This document shows, piece after piece, positions 62,731-64,000 of a stretch of 64,000 nucleotides of DNA (its first letter is position 1; the number at the start of each line of letters is the position of its first letter). The position numbers were made by a program, and so were the translations under genes. Source of the DNA: Octopus sinensis (lineage: Eukaryota); NCBI RefSeq assembly GCF_006345805.1, contig NC_043011.1, positions 49,612,464 to 49,676,463 of the forward strand, given 5' to 3'. Under the pieces are notes generated by a model that saw nothing but the letters and a program-made list of their open reading frames with translations, did no database searches and was not told where the DNA came from.

Positions 62731-63110
62731 GGGAATTCGTGTAATTAGTCTATATTTTCGATATGGATTATATATATAGGTTATATATGGATTATATACT
62801 TATATATTTTTTCATTTATACTTTAATTATTTAAAAGTATTATTTTTATATTTTAAAATTTTGATTTTTTAGATTGGAATCCACCTGAAGATTGTCGATC
62901 AAGACAAGAAACGATTGTAGTGGCGGTTTTTTTTGACTATTTATTAAATTTTATGTATTGATTAAGTCTTTCCTTGTTTGTGTTTGCAAATAGTGGTTTT
63001 GTCTCAATAATATTTTATAATATTTTTTACTATAAAATTGGATTTAATCCTAAATCTGATTTTTTTTCCCTGTAAATTTGGATATATTCCCTAATATTTA
63101 TTATTATATA
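61740..63110 (+). mobile_element. Penelope-like non-coding remnant (G+T-rich strand, hammerhead near the 3' end)
   Basis: Strong GT strand bias at 62040-62760, hammerhead at 62881, ends in (TA)n; boundaries approximate. Confidence 0.5.
62881..62923 (+). ncRNA. Minimal type I hammerhead ribozyme
   Basis: CCAC-CTGAAGA-TTGTC gatcaa GACAA-GAAAC-gatt-GTA-GTGG: complete core, 4-bp stem I, 5-bp stem II, minimal stem III, GUA cleavage triplet. Confidence 0.8.
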
Positions 63111-63553
63111 TATATATATATATAGAAATATATATATATTATATATATATGTGTGTGTGTGAGTGCGCGTGTATTATATATATATATATATATATAATGT
63201 ATGTATGTATTTATGTATACACACACACAACATATATATATATAAGCGCACACTTACATTTGTAAACAGATTCAATGTATATCTTAATATTTATCTTACG
63301 TGATAACTTATACAACTGTCAACCTTCTCCCACAATAAATCATATATTAGTAGTTACTTAACAATCAATATCCTTACCTGTCTACATAATTAGACATTTT
63401 CTGACTACAAATTACGCCTCAGCTACCTGCACAATATATATGTGTGTGTGTGTATAAGTAGATAGATAGATAGAAAGACAAACAGATAGATACATGGATA
63501 GATAGATAGATAGAAAGACAGACAGAAAGGCAGACAGACAGACAGACATACAT

Positions 63554-63652
<99 letters not shown>

Positions 63653-64000
63653 TGTCACGTCATCTCATAAACAATGCCCGAAATATCATATATGTAATTT
63701 CTATCAAATTTTACAGTATTCTAAATGTCATATGGTATTAATTGAGATACATGAATTTGGAAACCTTTAACTTCATATAAATTCTTTTTATGAAATAATC
63801 TGAAGTAATTGATATTAAACCCTCAAAGATGGACGCATCGAAGTATCATTTAAAGCAGATTTACGCTTTATAAGTTCAAAAAGGGAAACTAGAGTAAGAG
63901 TAACCAGAAATAACCTTACTGTAGATGATGGTTTGTAAAGTTCAAAACTGGCGACTTCAGTCTAAGAGAGAGGCCACGAATTTCATGCTGAGCTTCTTTT

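Overview
Eukaryotic, repeat-saturated genomic DNA. The SINE content points to an octopus genome (inference). There is one 100-N scaffold gap at 50237-50336. The only host coding sequence I can support is the first coding exon of a drebrin-like/Abp1 (DBNL) gene on the minus strand (33046-33128). I found no exon 2 in the 33 kb downstream of it. The rest is mobile or repetitive DNA: a decayed full-length R4/Dong-clade non-LTR element plus three 3' fragments, a 5'-truncated Tx1/L1-clade LINE, at least five tRNA-derived or other SINE families, hAT, mariner and piggyBac-type non-autonomous DNA transposons, Penelope-like terminal-repeat remnants, a 5.1 kb 66/69-bp satellite, and many microsatellites. 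Nearly all ORF-track entries are microsatellite or SINE artefacts. The best leads are RNA-level. (1) A repeat carries all hammerhead-ribozyme core motifs in pairing register but in a non-standard strand order; it occurs in tandem direct repeats, alongside ordinary minimal hammerheads elsewhere in the window. (2) A ~555-bp TAA-flanked element shares a 3' NGGTA stem-loop with R4 elements. (3) A SINE shares its tail with the Tx1 LINE and multimerises at a fixed junction. All alignments and folds were done by eye and are unverified.
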